A stretch of 64,000 nt of DNA. Source: Tricharina praecox (taxonomy: Eukaryota). Below the pieces are notes generated by a model, which worked only from the letters and a program-made list of their open reading frames with translations, was not told the DNA's origin and searched no databases. The position numbers and the translations under genes are program-made. Positions 52,370 through 64,000 of this stretch are shown piece by piece (the first letter of the stretch is position 1; every line of letters starts with the position of its first letter). Where the stretch lies: positions 1,302,001 to 1,366,000 of the forward strand of contig NW_026250409.1 in NCBI RefSeq assembly GCF_024521635.1, written 5' to 3'.

Positions 52370-55300
52370 TCACCCCCCCCACTTCTCCTCGCCCTCCTCC
52401 GCCTCCTCCATGCGCGCTAACTCCCTCCTAAAAAAATCCCTCTCATCCTCGAGCAGCCCCACATCCGCGCCCATGCTGCGCGGGTAATGGCGAATATTAT
52501 AGAACAGCGTAAGCGCGCGCAATGCCTCCTCCTGTGGGCCAGCCTCCTCAACGTCCGCGTCGACATCTCCGCCGGCGAGCCAGTCGTCGCGCAGCTCCGG
52601 GCGGCAGTGGAGGTAGATACTAGTGATGACGCGCATGTTGCTTTGTCGCCACTTGCGGCCGCAGTAGGGCACCTGGCCCTTGAACACCTTGAGCGTGTAG
52701 AGGCGCAGGTCCCGCTGCTGGCATTTCAGCGGCTTGCGCAGGATCACTGATGAGCGGAATTGTACGAGAGCGAGGTTGCGGTGCGATTTGCCCTTGACGA
52801 CCTTTTGCAAAACTCGCATGATGTTGATGCTCGTGAAGAAGTTGCGCCAGCTGAAGTCGGTTATGGGGAGGGGGGGTTCGGTGGGTGGTGGTGGGGACGT
52901 GGCGGCGGCTGGAGGCTGCGGCTCAGGCCGAGAGAAGCGTATTGGCGGAGGGCAGGCGTCGTCCGGGCTGTAGGATTCGGTCGGGGACGAGGTGAGAGGT
53001 TGCGGGGAGAGGGAGTGGAGGTTGCAGATCCGGAAGTAGGCGCGTTCTGGGCGGTCGGTTTTGGCGGTAAGCGAAGCGACCACGTCTTGCTGGTTGAGCA
53101 GCTTCAGGACAAGCGGGATGTAGTTGGAGTCCCAGAGAAGCTGCGTAAAGTACTCGAACTTCAAGACGTCTGTACTCCAGTCAGTCACCGATACCGTGAT
53201 GTAGACAATGATGGGACGCACGAGAAACTCGGAACCATTTCAGCAGGACCAGGAAGAGTGCCGTCACCGCCTTCGAGGTGATTTCTCGCATACGGATGGT
53301 ATCTAGTTCCTCCCACTGCTTCCTCTCGGCCGCCTCACGCTCCGCCTGCTCTCTTTCCCGCTGCCTCTCCCATTCAGCTGGATCGGGTGGATCTTCGCCG
53401 ATTGGTGTGAGTGTCTTTCCTCCATTAATACTGCCGTCCTTTCGCTTGCCGAAGATGGTGCGCAATGATAGTGATGGCGTAAAATTGACATCGCCTGTGG
53501 CCGGGTCGACAATCACCTTACCACCGCTACTAGGAGCTGCAACAACCGCCTTTAGCATACGATCGTACCACCAAACGGGATTGGACCAACCTCTGCCATC
53601 TTCTTCCACGAATGTGTTCTGTGGTGGTGGTGGCGGTGGTGGTGGCGCTGTAGGTGGCGCGGTGATGCTTTGCAATATTACCTTGAACAAGACGATCACC
53701 AACGACTGCATCTGTGGCAGAATAGCTTGCTGTTTCCCGCCTGTCAGCCTTGCCCACTCCTTCCCTCTCTCTTAGGGTACAAACATAGACATCATCCACA
53801 GCCGCCAGCCTCTTCTCCTCCCATCTCGGAATGCGATCTGCCAGCTCCCAATTCTGCTTCTTCAAATCCAGCTGATCATCGACCTGCCAGCCGCGTCCAT
53901 ACTTCTCGAACGCCTCCCTCTCCTTCCACAGCTGGCGCATCGCCAGACTAGTCCGTGTTCTGCCCGAAAACAAGTCTCCAGCCTCCTTGATGCTGCTGGG
54001 CACACCGCCGGCATCGTCCTCGTCCGCTGGAGGATACATGAACGGAAAACTCTGGTTAGTTTGGTAGTTCTGCTTCTTCTGTCCCTTTCCGAGAGCGAGG
54101 GGACTCGGCGGCGGAGATGGTATTGGTGTGGCGATGTGCACGGCCTTGTCCAGGATGCTGGCGAGGTTCTCGCCGCCACCCTTTCCGCCTAGGAGGACAT
54201 CCGTGTTTCCGCCCGGTCGCAGGGAGCTTTCTTGCATTGCAAGCGAGGGCAGGTAGGAATTACTCTCAAAGGCGAATAGCGATTTTGGCGGGTTGTATGC
54301 AGGATACTTGGCGATCAGTTCTTGTCGGAAGAGGAAGTAATCGAGTGGGTTGGCAGTGATTATATTCTTGTCAACCTCCGAAGACAGTCCTTCAGAAACC
54401 CTGGAGAACTCCTTGACCTTGGCAAGATGCTTATCCGGTGATCCGAACAGTAGCAACGCCGTCTTCCAAGTCAGGATCAAAAGATGCGTCAATGGAATGT
54501 CGACATTGTCCTCCCATCTAACCCGCGCGATATTCGTGATGAGATATCCGAGCAACCCGCCCTCTCCCGGCAGCTGCGAGATCTCATCTCTGAACGACTC
54601 CAGCTCCTCGTCGAGGCCAATATCCTTCTCCTCCGTCTCCTCCTCGCTAACCATCCTCGTGACCTCAATCAGAAAGTAGAGCACTGTAAGAGCCTGCTTA
54701 AGTTCCCTTCGGTTCCACGCTTTCTGACTGAGCAACTCGTCGGCATCGACACCGTTCGGGAGGCCATTCGCCGTCGCCGACGCCTGCTGCGCAAACTCCC
54801 ACTCGCGACCCAGCGATTTCCGGAGACAACCAAAGACGCTCTCGGTGACGCCGACCTTCCGCAGCAGTTTGTTGTTGCGCTTGATCCACGCCATCTGCTC
54901 CTCCTGATCATGCACCTCGCCGTAGACGCCCTGCGCAACAAAACTCAAGCCCTCCAGCCCCTTGACCCGCTCCTCCTGGCTGGCCTGGTCGAGTAGGTCC
55001 GCGCACCGAGCTATGTACCGTCGCCGCTTGACGTCCTTGCTCGTCATCCACCGTGATTGCTTGCCGGGCGGCGGCGGCGCGGTCTGGTGCGGCGGTAGCG
55101 ACATCTTCGTGTACGTAGACTGGAACGATTGCTTCGCGCCGACGATCAGCAGCGACAGGTCCGCGGTCGAGTACGAGAACCACTCGCTCAGCTCGGTGGT
55201 CAGGGTATCGGTCGCAGTATATTGAAACGCATACTCTGGTTGCTACACTCCGCATCAGCACCCGCCGCATTGCCACCCTTCGCACCCAACCCAACCCAAC

Positions 55301-55817
55301 AGACAGCGCCAGCCACAGCGGCCCTGTCTTAAGGAAAATACCCACAAAGACTCACCACGTATCTGCCCCCCTCGCCCACCAGCTTCTTGAGCTGCATCAT
55401 ACTCAAGCTGTCCTGGGCAACACCGCCGCCGCCAGGGCCCTGCTGCGCTCCCTCACCACCGCCATTCTGCTGCCCTCCAGAACCAGCACCCGCACCAGCC
55501 CCGCCACCCTGCTGCTGCTGCAATTGCTGTTGCTGTTGTTGCTGTAGCGACGGCGACTCCTGCCTGATCCTGCTGACATCGATCCTAGCGCCCTGGTTCT
55601 GCTGCTGCTGTTGCTGGTTCTGCTGCTGCTGCTGGTTGTGCTGCAGCTGCTGGTGCTGCTGCAGCTGATTGTGCTGCAGCTGTTGCTGGTGCTGCAGCAG
55701 CAGCTGTACCGGCTGTGTATTCGGCGTGGGCGTGGGCGGCAGCACCGACGGCGGGGGCGGCGGCGGCGCAGCTTGAGCTTGAGCGTGATTATCGACGTTC
55801 CTCGAGTCCTGCGCCAT
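52370..55817 (-). CDS. FAR11: STRIPAK subunit Far11/STRIP (HAM-2/PRO22), N1221 + DUF3402 domains, multi-exon
   Basis: EYAFQY...D....ELSEWFSY, L.FVAQGVYGE, PLDY.LFRQE...KYP.Y.PP, QTNQ.FPFMYPP, VP.SI.EAG.LF, REITSKAV..L..LLKWF, LLWDSNY.PL.LK, FSWRNFF, LYTLK.FK.QVPYCGRKWRQSNM.VIT.IYL.CRPELRDDWL. Confidence 0.93.
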
Positions 55818-56540
55818 AGGCTTGCTGCGGTCGGGATGTGGCAGGAACAGCGGGTTCTCAGTGAGGCGCACTGACGACGACCTTCGCCGTCGGCCCTGGA
55901 TGGCCGGTACTGCGAGTGCGGCTGCGGATGCGGGCGCGGCGGGTCCTGGATCGCCTCCGACCGTGGCCCCGGCCGCTGCGTGAGTTGGTAGGTGCAGATT
56001 GACGATTGCGTGGGGGACCGGGGGTAGGTTGGGAGGCGCGTGGAGGGTGGAGGGCGGTTGGGGGGTGGTGAGCGTGGTGCGTGGATGTGGGTAGGTGGAG
56101 AGGAATAACTAATGGCGCGCGGGCGTAAAGGAGGGTGGAGCGTGGAGTGGGTGTGATTTTTCGTGACCTGGCCCTGGCGGAGTGCAGCGTTGTTTGCGCT
56201 GCGCTGGACTGTGGAGTCCCGGGTTGCGAGGGATGTGGGATTACCCTATGTGGTACAATGCGAGTGATATGGTATGGGTAGATGAGAGCACCAATACGGT
56301 AAACAATCGAATAGGTAGAGTCTCACCAACAGGCGGACGGCACTATCTCTCTCTGCTGAATCCTCAGGCCGTATACAAGAACAATGAATATAGACGCAGC
56401 CATTACAACAAAATTGTAGTCTCGCACGTAAAATGCAAACAAGAGTCAAACAAACCCAGCCCGCGCCCGCCAATGAATATCAATCGCCGCTCGCATACAC
56501 CTTAGCTTATCCTACGCCTCGAAAACACGGCCTCATTCCA

Positions 56541-57314
56541 TTACCGGTAGGGCGGTCTTCCCGGCGTACCCTGCAACCCTGGTCTTCCTCCCGCAGCCCC
56601 ACGCCGCATATTCCCCCCCGCCGCACCTCCCCCACCACCATACGCCTGCGGGGCCGGCGCCTCAAAGCCTCCGCCATATCCATCATCCCACGGCATTCCG
56701 GCGGCGACATACGGCTGCCCACCCGTTGGCATCGGCATCTCGACCCTGCCGCCTTGCCTCTGCTGCGGCGGCGGAGGCGGCTGATGCTGCAGTTGCGGCG
56801 GCGGACTAGGACTAGCAGCGCCGCGGCTTCCCCACAGCCGCTCCTTGATCCTCTGCTGGGCGGTAAGATTCCCGCTCTGGGAGCCGCCGCCCATCTGCGG
56901 GTGGTGGGGGTGGTGCTGGTCGTCGGGAAACATTTGGTGCTGCTGCTGCTGCTGCTGCTGGGCACGCGACGCGGCAGAGCCCGAACTCGCATTCCGCCCG
57001 ATCTGGGGCCGCTGCTCGACCGGCGCATCGAAGATGTCGCTCAGACTTGTGCCGGCGGAGTGCTGTGGCGCGGCGTTGGGAGCTGCGGGACGTCGGCCGT
57101 ACGTGTTGCGGAGGGAGGTGACGGGGGATTGCGAGCGTTGGTTGGGAGGGGGGCCGAGCCAGTCAGGATATGCGCGCTGCTGCTCTTGGTAGTAGTTGCG
57201 GAGCACGCGGGAAATGTGCGAGTCGTCCTCCGTGTCGCCGTCGGCTTCGTCGCCTTGCCGGAGAGAGGCGTAGCGGGTTTTGGTCGCGGTGAGGATGTTC
57301 GAGAAGTACGACAT
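56541..57314 (-). CDS. MSO1: Mso1-like Sec1-binding protein (Mso1 N-terminal domain, Gln/Pro/Gly-rich tail)
   Basis: RYASLR...EADGDTEDDSHISRVLRNYY......PDWL resembles the Sec1-binding region of Mso1. SLSDIF and AQQRIKERLW motifs are also present. Likely start is ATG 57314. Confidence 0.75.
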   Translation of the reverse strand: MSYFSNILTATKTRYASLRQGDEADGDTEDDSHISRVLRNYYQEQQRAYPDWLGPPPNQRSQSPVTSLRNTYGRRPAAPNAAPQHSAGTSLSDIFDAPVEQRPQIGRNASSGSAASRAQQQQQQQHQMFPDDQHHPHHPQMGGGSQSGNLTAQQRIKERLWGSRGAASPSPPPQLQHQPPPPPQQRQGGRVEMPMPTGGQPYVAAGMPWDDGYGGGFEAPAPQAYGGGGGAAGGNMRRGAAGGRPGLQGTPGRPPYR

Positions 57315-57759
57315 GTTTGGTGGTGTTGGTGACGGTGGACCGACAGCTGGGGCGATGAAGGGGTGGTGTTTAGAATTGGAGGAGGAAGTGGGTGGTGCTA
57401 CGCGAGAGCTTGCTTGGAGCACGGGCCACAAGTGGAGGCGCTACGACAAACAGAGTAGCTAAGCGGAAGCATGAGAAATCACTCTTGAATAGCGAAGGAG
57501 CCTGAAGGGATCGAATTGAATACACGGTTATCGAATACATTGGGTGCTCGTCTACAGACCGCAAGTCCATGAATTCACAAGGTACGGCAACTGGCGAACA
57601 AACCACGCTGGCGGACATAAAACACCTATGAGACATCGTGGCAATTTACCACTCGCTTGCCCGAGTGGTAAACTGTATTTCAACCTCCAGCGCTATGTAG
57701 GAACAATGATAACACGCGTAAACGCAACAGTACAGAAACACCACACGGAACATGCCGTA

Positions 57760-58446
57760 TCAATCCCTCCTCCTGGAATCCCTATCCCTATGTCTCCGGG
57801 GACTTTTTCTTCTGCTCTTGTACCTTCTGTGCGCGTCTTTCTCGTCGCGGTGGTGGTGTCTATCCTTCTCGTCGCGGTGATGGTGTCTGTCTTTCTCGTC
57901 GCGGTGGTGTCTATCCCTCTCGTCGCGGTGATGGTGCCGGTCCTTCGCATCTCGATGATGTGAGTCCCTCTCATCCCTCCGCCTGTCCCCGCGCTCCTTC
58001 TCCCTCTGCCTGCTCCGGTCGCGATGCCGATGACTCAGCTCCCTATCGCGACTCCTGTCGCTCCTCCTACGCCTCTCCCTCCCCTTGCCCTTGCCCTCCC
58101 CGTCTTCATTTACCCCCTCCCCCTCCCCCCCCTCCCCATTGTCTTCCCCCATCCCCCCCATGGCCGGCATAACAACCCCCAACGCGACATTAATCGCCTC
58201 CTCCTCCGCCCGCTTCACCTCCGCGCGCTCCATCCTTATGCGCTCCTCCTCACTAACCCCATCCCCCTCGCCCGTTTTAGCATACCATGTAAGATCCTTC
58301 CCGCGCTGCCACCGCCCCACGGGCGCCATCAGAGAGTGCCCTAGATAGTTCTCGCGGTCTTTGTCCTCCTTGACCGCGTCCCAGCTGAACTCTGCCCGTC
58401 CCCCGCGGGAGGTGTCGCCTTTGCGGATGCCGGAGAGGAGGTCCAT
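57760..58446 (-). CDS. MMtag-domain protein (multiple myeloma tumour-associated protein 2 homologue) with Arg/Asp/His-rich tail
   Basis: [45 protein letters not shown] signature; repeated RHHHRDEKD units. Confidence 0.88.
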   Translation of the reverse strand: MDLLSGIRKGDTSRGGRAEFSWDAVKEDKDRENYLGHSLMAPVGRWQRGKDLTWYAKTGEGDGVSEEERIRMERAEVKRAEEEAINVALGVVMPAMGGMGEDNGEGGEGEGVNEDGEGKGKGRERRRRSDRSRDRELSHRHRDRSRQREKERGDRRRDERDSHHRDAKDRHHHRDERDRHHRDEKDRHHHRDEKDRHHHRDEKDAHRRYKSRRKSPRRHRDRDSRRRD

Positions 58447-59261
58447 CTCGATGCGGGGTCGTTGTGGTGGGTGAGAGGGTGAGGGGGGGTGGGCGAGGGG
58501 GGGCGTGGGTGGTGGTCGTGCGGTGGTCGTGCGGGATGTAGAGATGTAGAGAGAGTTGTTGAGAGAGAGAGAGAGCTGGTTGCTGGACGTGTTTGGTTTG
58601 CGTGTTTGCGGCAGCAGCTGCAGGCGAGCACGGTGAGTTGCCGCTAGTTAACTCCCACTAGCGTGGGGCTGTGAGACATGGCTGGCTTCACTTCAACGCC
58701 GGCGCCGCACGTAGTTACCGCAACTACTAGTGCGCTATGTAGGACGAAGACATGAGAACTTGAGAACTTGAGAAGAGAACACAACGACAGAAACGGTGGA
58801 TTCTTCAGTCCATTCTGGCGCGTGGCATGCATACGATATTGCACTCACTACCAGAAGCTTCATAGTGACAACTTATGTACCAAGGGCCCATCTATGTACT
58901 ACCGCATACGGAACGGGCCGACCGGGCTTCTCAGCGGTGTGCCGCCAAACCGGTTACAGGAGCCGCAACATGTGAAGAGGGCTATCAACGGTCAATGGCC
59001 AATTGTCCGGCCACGGGTTTGCTGATGTCACATAACTACGAGTCAAGGAACCGGATGGGCGATTGCTACAGGTCGATCACCAGCACCAAGCAAGCTCCAG
59101 GACAGCTTCACATATCACTCCAGAATGGCAACGACGCAATTGATGGAAGATCCGAGTTTATTCCGGCTCCCAATAATTCTCCCGAACACTGACAAAACAA
59201 CGAAGAATAAGAACCGCCATCCTTTACGAACTCAGCTCTCTTCAATCGATCGTTTTCGTAT

Positions 59262-59735
59262 TTACACTGCAACAACCTCATTAGCCACAGCCACAGCCAG
59301 CAGCAGGCAAGTGTAAAGAGTGGGACATACCGAAAACGAACTCTCCATTGTGGTTCTGCACGCGCTCGGCCAGGTTGATATCGGCGGACTTCTCCTCGCC
59401 ATTTTCGTCCCTCAGGTTGGCACGGAGGACAGGAACCTCGCCGCCTCCCTCGATCGAGAAGTGTACGTTGGAGGCGGAGCCCGAGAAGCCTAGGTAGCCG
59501 CGTAGATCAGTATTCGTATTCAGGTGAAGTGCGAAGTCGGGGGTAGTTGGTTGGATGGATGGATGGATGGATAGGTACCTTCGCCGTCCCACTGGAAGTG
59601 ACCGTTGTTGTTGCCGATGAACTGGTCGAGATCGATCTGGGTCTCGTTGAGCGAGCCGTCCTCCTTGCGCAGCCGGCCCACGAGGATGCGGTTGTCCTCG
59701 ACGCAGATTTCTTCGGAGCTGAGGTGGAAGGACAT
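59262..59735 (-). CDS. Cyanovirin-N homolog (CVNH) lectin; exons 59735-59579, 59489-59331, 59266-59262
   Basis: Two CVNH half-repeats: MSFHLSSEEI...IDLDQFIGNNNGHFQWDGEGFSGSA and INLAERVQNHNGEFVF. Two in-phase introns. TATATAAA-like box upstream (~59852-59858). Confidence 0.92.
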
Positions 59736-61369
59736 GGTGAGTGTTTGTGGTGGGTAGGGTGTAGGTGGGTAAAGCTGTGGTGTGTGGTGGTGGATGAAGG
59801 GGTGATGGGGACAGAAGGGAATAGGTAGCGGAAGGGGAACTGGATGGGAGCTTTATATGCGGCAGCAGTCCCGCCTTTGGGGAGCTCGCTGCCTGGCTGG
59901 CTCCCTGCCTAGGCGGGGTGGGATGGGGTTGGCAGTTGGCACTGACGACGACGATAACTTGGCTATTGCTTGGAGGGGTCAGAACGGCGAGCAGCTACGG
60001 TACTCTAGTTAGCTGTCCCTGCTCCGGTCAGGGATCCCCGCCATTTCTGGCTGGGCGGACGGTGGGTGTGCGTTCACTTGCGGCTTGCCATGATCTGATG
60101 AAATTGCGTGCCGGATTATTCTCGGCGGAGCTAATGATTGCCTTAGGTATATCTTGGCACGGGAGATGTTGCACCGTGCAGGCGGGCGTGCGTATTATTC
60201 GGTCTGGAAAGCTCTAGATATATGTACCGGTATATCTGGCTTCAAGATACCTAGCGTCCGTCCGTCTGTCTGTTGACTCTCGAGGTCAGGGCGGAGCGGA
60301 GCGGGCATTGGCGGAGACACTGGAGGGGACGGTGCTCGGCGAGTCTTTGCTGATTGATGTCAACATTCCGCCATGCCCGGAAACCCGCTCCCACTCACTG
60401 CCTTGGCAGCTGCAGTGACCGCAAAGACGAGCATCGGAGTCACGGGATGGAAATCACCATGGCCGTTCAGGCACAGCAAAGCGGGGACAGTGCGGAACAT
60501 GCAGTGATCGTGAGAAACGGTCGATGACATCAACTCTCCCGATTGCGCGACTGCTGCAGCTCTTTAGTTACCTAGAGGGACCTCGCCGCCCTGCAGAAGA
60601 AGTCCCCCCGGGTGCCCTGCAGTGACACGAACGGTTGTGCATGGTAACTAGTCCGTGTTATCTGTTGGCTGCGAAGAGTCCCCAACCCCAACCTAGGCCT
60701 GATGACCTGATGTGTTGATGAAAACGATACGATACGGTACTACGATCATCACCGGCTGTGCAGGGTACTCTACATCATGCAAACGGAAAGTGAGTTGGGC
60801 GAGTTTCGAATCTTGGCAGTCCCTGGGCGGGCATAGTCCGCACAAACCGGGGATGCGGGCATATTTCAGGCACTGGCGGCCGCTAGCCCGCATGCCCGCA
60901 CTCCGACTTGATCCCCGCCCCCGCCCCCGCCACCTGCCCGCTCTAGTCATCACACAATATCACTCGGCAGCGTGGGAAACCCCGACTTCTTAATTGAGCC
61001 GCTTGCACAACGCACAAACAACGACCCCAGGTGTTGAACCCTACTCATCACCGCCACCTCCTACTCACGACTGCCCACTCCTAGCCATCACCGATAACCC
61101 CTCCTCCTCATCACCAATAACTCATCTCCGACAACTTCTACTCATAACCGGCAACTCGAGTTGAACCCTACTCATCGCCGACGACTTTTCCTCATCATAA
61201 CACAACTTCTGCTCACCACCGATAACTCATAACTCACAACTCACGACCAAAACACCCAAGTACTCATAACATCCCCGCTCACTCGCACATCTCTACGACC
61301 CACATACCTTCTCCCCTCTCCCCTCTCCCTCCCTTCCTACCGTCAACACCACCCCACCCAATCTACATC

Positions 61370-64000
61370 ATGGCTTCCCCCTTCGACCCCGACCCCAACC
61401 AGCGCTCCTACAAAGCACACCAAGCCTACCAAGCATACATTTCACCCCGTCCGCCGCTAACATTCACCACCTGGTACGCATCCGCCTCAGCCGCGGACGA
61501 TGTCGTCGCCGCCCCCTCCGCGTCACGAGAGACGCTCGCGGCCATGATCGCGGCGATCGCCGAGGAGATCCTGAGCGAGAGCGAGGACGGCGACGTACGG
61601 CAGGTGCGGGAGGCGGCGGAGGAGCTGGGGTACCACGGCGGGACGTATACCGCCCTGGGAGTAATGGAGAAGGAGGATCTGTTGCGCGCGGATGAGGATG
61701 CGGTGGGCGAGGAGCGCGTGGCGGTGGGTAAGTTCGTTGAGGTGTGGAAGAGGGCGGATGGGGTTGATGGGATCAACGGTGGCCTAGGGGAGCGGCAAGA
61801 GGTAAAGGAAGCGGAAGTGGGATCGCTCGTGGCGGAATATGCCTCCGGCGGTGGAAGCGGCGAGCAGGAGGAGGTGGAAGCGAGGCTGGCTGCGGTCGAG
61901 CGGCTCCACGGTGCTCCTATGGATGTGGCGGCGACGAGGCGCATCGAGAAGTGGGTGTCGCAGGTGCGGGACGGGAAGTCGGTCGTGGTTGGTGGCAATG
62001 CTCTGTTGGATGATGCGCAATATTTAACCAGGGAGCAGGAAATTGAATTGGCGTCCGCTGCTTTTGACGATACGCCTGGCTTCGATGACAAGCGCGGCAA
62101 GAAGATTGAGCAGAATAATGTCAAGCGTGGCAAGAAGATTGAGCAGCAGACACCGGAAGTGGAAGTGGAACAGGTCGTTGTCGACGAACAGGTTCAAATT
62201 GATGTCGCCAAAGAGCAGGATGCCATCGTGGGAGATAACCATCAAGATAAACCACTGGAGTCGAAAATCAAGCCAGCTGTTAACGAAGAGCATATAAAAG
62301 CTGTCCCCGCGGAGCAGCTGGTGGAAGTGGCCCCGATTGTTAGCCGCCAGCTTCAAGTCACTGCGGAGGTGGTTGGGGATGAGCACACCGCCACTTCGCC
62401 GGTTACCGCCAACTATCCAGAGGATCTCGTGGATATCTTCGGAAATGCGTGCCCCAAGTATTCTCCTCCGCGAGCTCAGGCGTTCGAATCGGCTCCGGCG
62501 TTTGAATCGTCTCCGGCGTTCGAACCGGCCCCGAACATCAAGATTGAAGCCCCGGCTACTCCAACTCGCTGCTGGCGTTTTATCGACGACGACACCATCC
62601 TTATTGACGTCGAACCCTTGCCAGAACCGCTGGTGGCACTTCCTCCGGCTCAGACCCGAATTCAGGCGGAGAAGATAGTCACACCAGCTCCGGGTTTGGC
62701 CACGTCAATTCCAGCCACGGCTTCGGCCACGCCTTGGTTCCATGCTTCGTTCCAGGCTACGTTCCAGGGTCCGGTACTGGCTCCAGTCCTGGCTCAGGCT
62801 CCTGTGCAGAAGGTGACTCCGGCTCCGGATCAGAAGAAGGTGACTCCGGCTCCGGTGCAGAAGGTGACCTCCCTGGTGATGGTTATTCCTCCTCCAGTCC
62901 CCGCCGTGGCACAACAGGTAAATCTAGCTGCAGCACCTGGGGTGGCATCGGTCCCTAACCCACAGCTTCCTCAGAACCGCGTTATACCTACTGGCCCAGC
63001 CTTCCCAAGCGCACTCGCGCCCGGACAACCTACCAAGGCCCATCAAGGCAAAGCTGCGCCCATCATCAATCAGGCCAGCACGCCGTCAGCTCAGAAATCC
63101 TACGCGAAGGTAGCTTCGGGAACTCGTGGCGGACGGGTTCCACCTATCCAGCCGGCAGCGCAACGAATTGATCCTCGCATACCACCTCCGTCTATCTCCT
63201 ACGCGACTGTAGTTACTAACGGTAAGAATACCGACTTTCCGCCGCTGGGTGCTGTTGCAAGCTCTGCTTTTCCACCGCTTCCCGTGGTCGTGGTGAGTAA
63301 GGGACAGCAGGCTCCACAGCACCCGGGAGTCAATGCCAAGGGTGGAAATGCTGCTCCCGGTGGCGGCAAGGGAGTGAGTGCTCAGGTTCAAACTCAGAAA
63401 ATGGTAGGCGCCCGGAACCAAGCCGGAAGTAAGAACACAGCTAATGATATGGTGAAGATTTTCGTTCCTCCACCTCAACCAAAGGCCAAAGCTCCGGTCA
63501 ACACCCAGGCCAACAACCAGTCAACCAAGATGGCCAGTCCCCAGGGCTTCAATCCCCCTCTTGGTCCCGCCCCGAAGGCGCCCGGCAGCTTCCACTTCCT
63601 TTCCCCAGCCCCCAATCAGCCCGCTGCACCTCTTGTATCGCCCCTCTCCCCGCCTTTAGGCGCTCCGATCTCCAAGAATATTCTAACTATCCCCCACCCT
63701 GTGCAGGGTACTCGCCCCCCTCCAGGACGACCCGCGCTCCCTCTCGGGCTCCTCAGTCCCCCAGGTCCTGTGCAGAATGTCCGCCCTCCGACAGCACCCA
63801 CCTTACCCGTCGGCCAGGCCATCCGCCCGCCCCCAGGCCTCCCAGCCCAGCCTGTCTCTGCGCCCCCAACCCATCCCGAAAATTCTACCCCCCTCTCCCA
63901 GCAGCCTGCCACCCGCGACCCTGCCAAACTGGCGAAACGCAAGCGTGGACCCAACGCAGGCAAGAGGATCCAGGGTATGCACAACGACGCGTCTCAGCAG
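61370..64000 (+). CDS. Long hypothetical protein (Glu-rich N-half, Pro/Ala-rich C-half), truncated by the window end
   Basis: ATG at 61370 (MASPFDPDPNQ...) after a C/A-rich leader. No stop seen in this frame up to 64000, which explains its absence from the ORF track. Contains short internal repeats (APAFES, APVQKVTP). Confidence 0.7.
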   Translation, partial: MASPFDPDPNQRSYKAHQAYQAYISPRPPLTFTTWYASASAADDVVAAPSASRETLAAMIAAIAEEILSESEDGDVRQVREAAEELGYHGGTYTALGVMEKEDLLRADEDAVGEERVAVGKFVEVWKRADGVDGINGGLGERQEVKEAEVGSLVAEYASGGGSGEQEEVEARLAAVERLHGAPMDVAATRRIEKWVSQVRDGKSVVVGGNALLDDAQYLTREQEIELASAAFDDTPGFDDKRGKKIEQNNVKRGKKIEQQTPEVEVEQVVVDEQVQIDVAKEQDAIVGDNHQDKPLESKIKPAVNEEHIKAVPAEQLVEVAPIVSRQLQVTAEVVGDEHTATSPVTANYPEDLVDIFGNACPKYSPPRAQAFESAPAFESSPAFEPAPNIKIEAPATPTRCWRFIDDDTILIDVEPLPEPLVALPPAQTRIQAEKIVTPAPGLATSIPATASATPWFHASFQATFQGPVLAPVLAQAPVQKVTPAPDQKKVTPAPVQKVTSLVMVIPPPVPAVAQQVNLAAAPGVASVPNPQLPQNRVIPTGPAFPSALAPGQPTKAHQGKAAPIINQASTPSAQKSYAKVASGTRGGRVPPIQPAAQRIDPRIPPPSISYATVVTNGKNTDFPPLGAVASSAFPPLPVVVVSKGQQAPQHPGVNAKGGNAAPGGGKGVSAQVQTQKMVGARNQAGSKNTANDMVKIFVPPPQPKAKAPVNTQANNQSTKMASPQGFNPPLGPAPKAPGSFHFLSPAPNQPAAPLVSPLSPPLGAPISKNILTIPHPVQGTRPPPGRPALPLGLLSPPGPVQNVRPPTAPTLPVGQAIRPPPGLPAQPVSAPPTHPENSTPLSQQPATRDPAKLAKRKRGPNAGKRIQGMHNDASQQ

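Noticed and set aside
56433..57332. 299-aa plus-strand ORF
   Set aside because: Antisense shadow of the Mso1-like gene.

Overview
Eukaryotic genomic DNA from a filamentous ascomycete: short GT-AG introns with CTAAC/CTGAC-type branch points, and long intergenic regions rich in microsatellites. Twelve protein-coding genes can be reconstructed by eye: an ASX-homology (DEUBAD) chromatin protein, a small orphan gene, the BMT2 rRNA methyltransferase, a cytochrome P450, formate dehydrogenase, an extended-SDR reductase fused to a Cys-rich metallothionein-like tail, a membrane-anchored GH3 beta-glucosidase, FAR11/HAM-2/PRO22 (STRIPAK), an Mso1-like protein, an MMtag protein, a CVNH lectin, and a long Glu/Pro-rich ORF running off the window end. 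The most striking non-gene feature is a ~2 kb non-coding segment (3570-5560) that is an inverted AND circularly permuted copy of 35511-37473. It is flanked by a 14-bp near-perfect target duplication, the expected signature of duplication through a circular DNA intermediate. Other notable items: an in-frame first intron of the FDH gene that encodes a mitochondrial-presequence-like peptide if retained, a MITE with nested TIRs, a putative RAMA-like domain on the ASXH protein, and a 14.7 kb gene-free gap between convergent genes. All calls come from manual reading; no database search was run.
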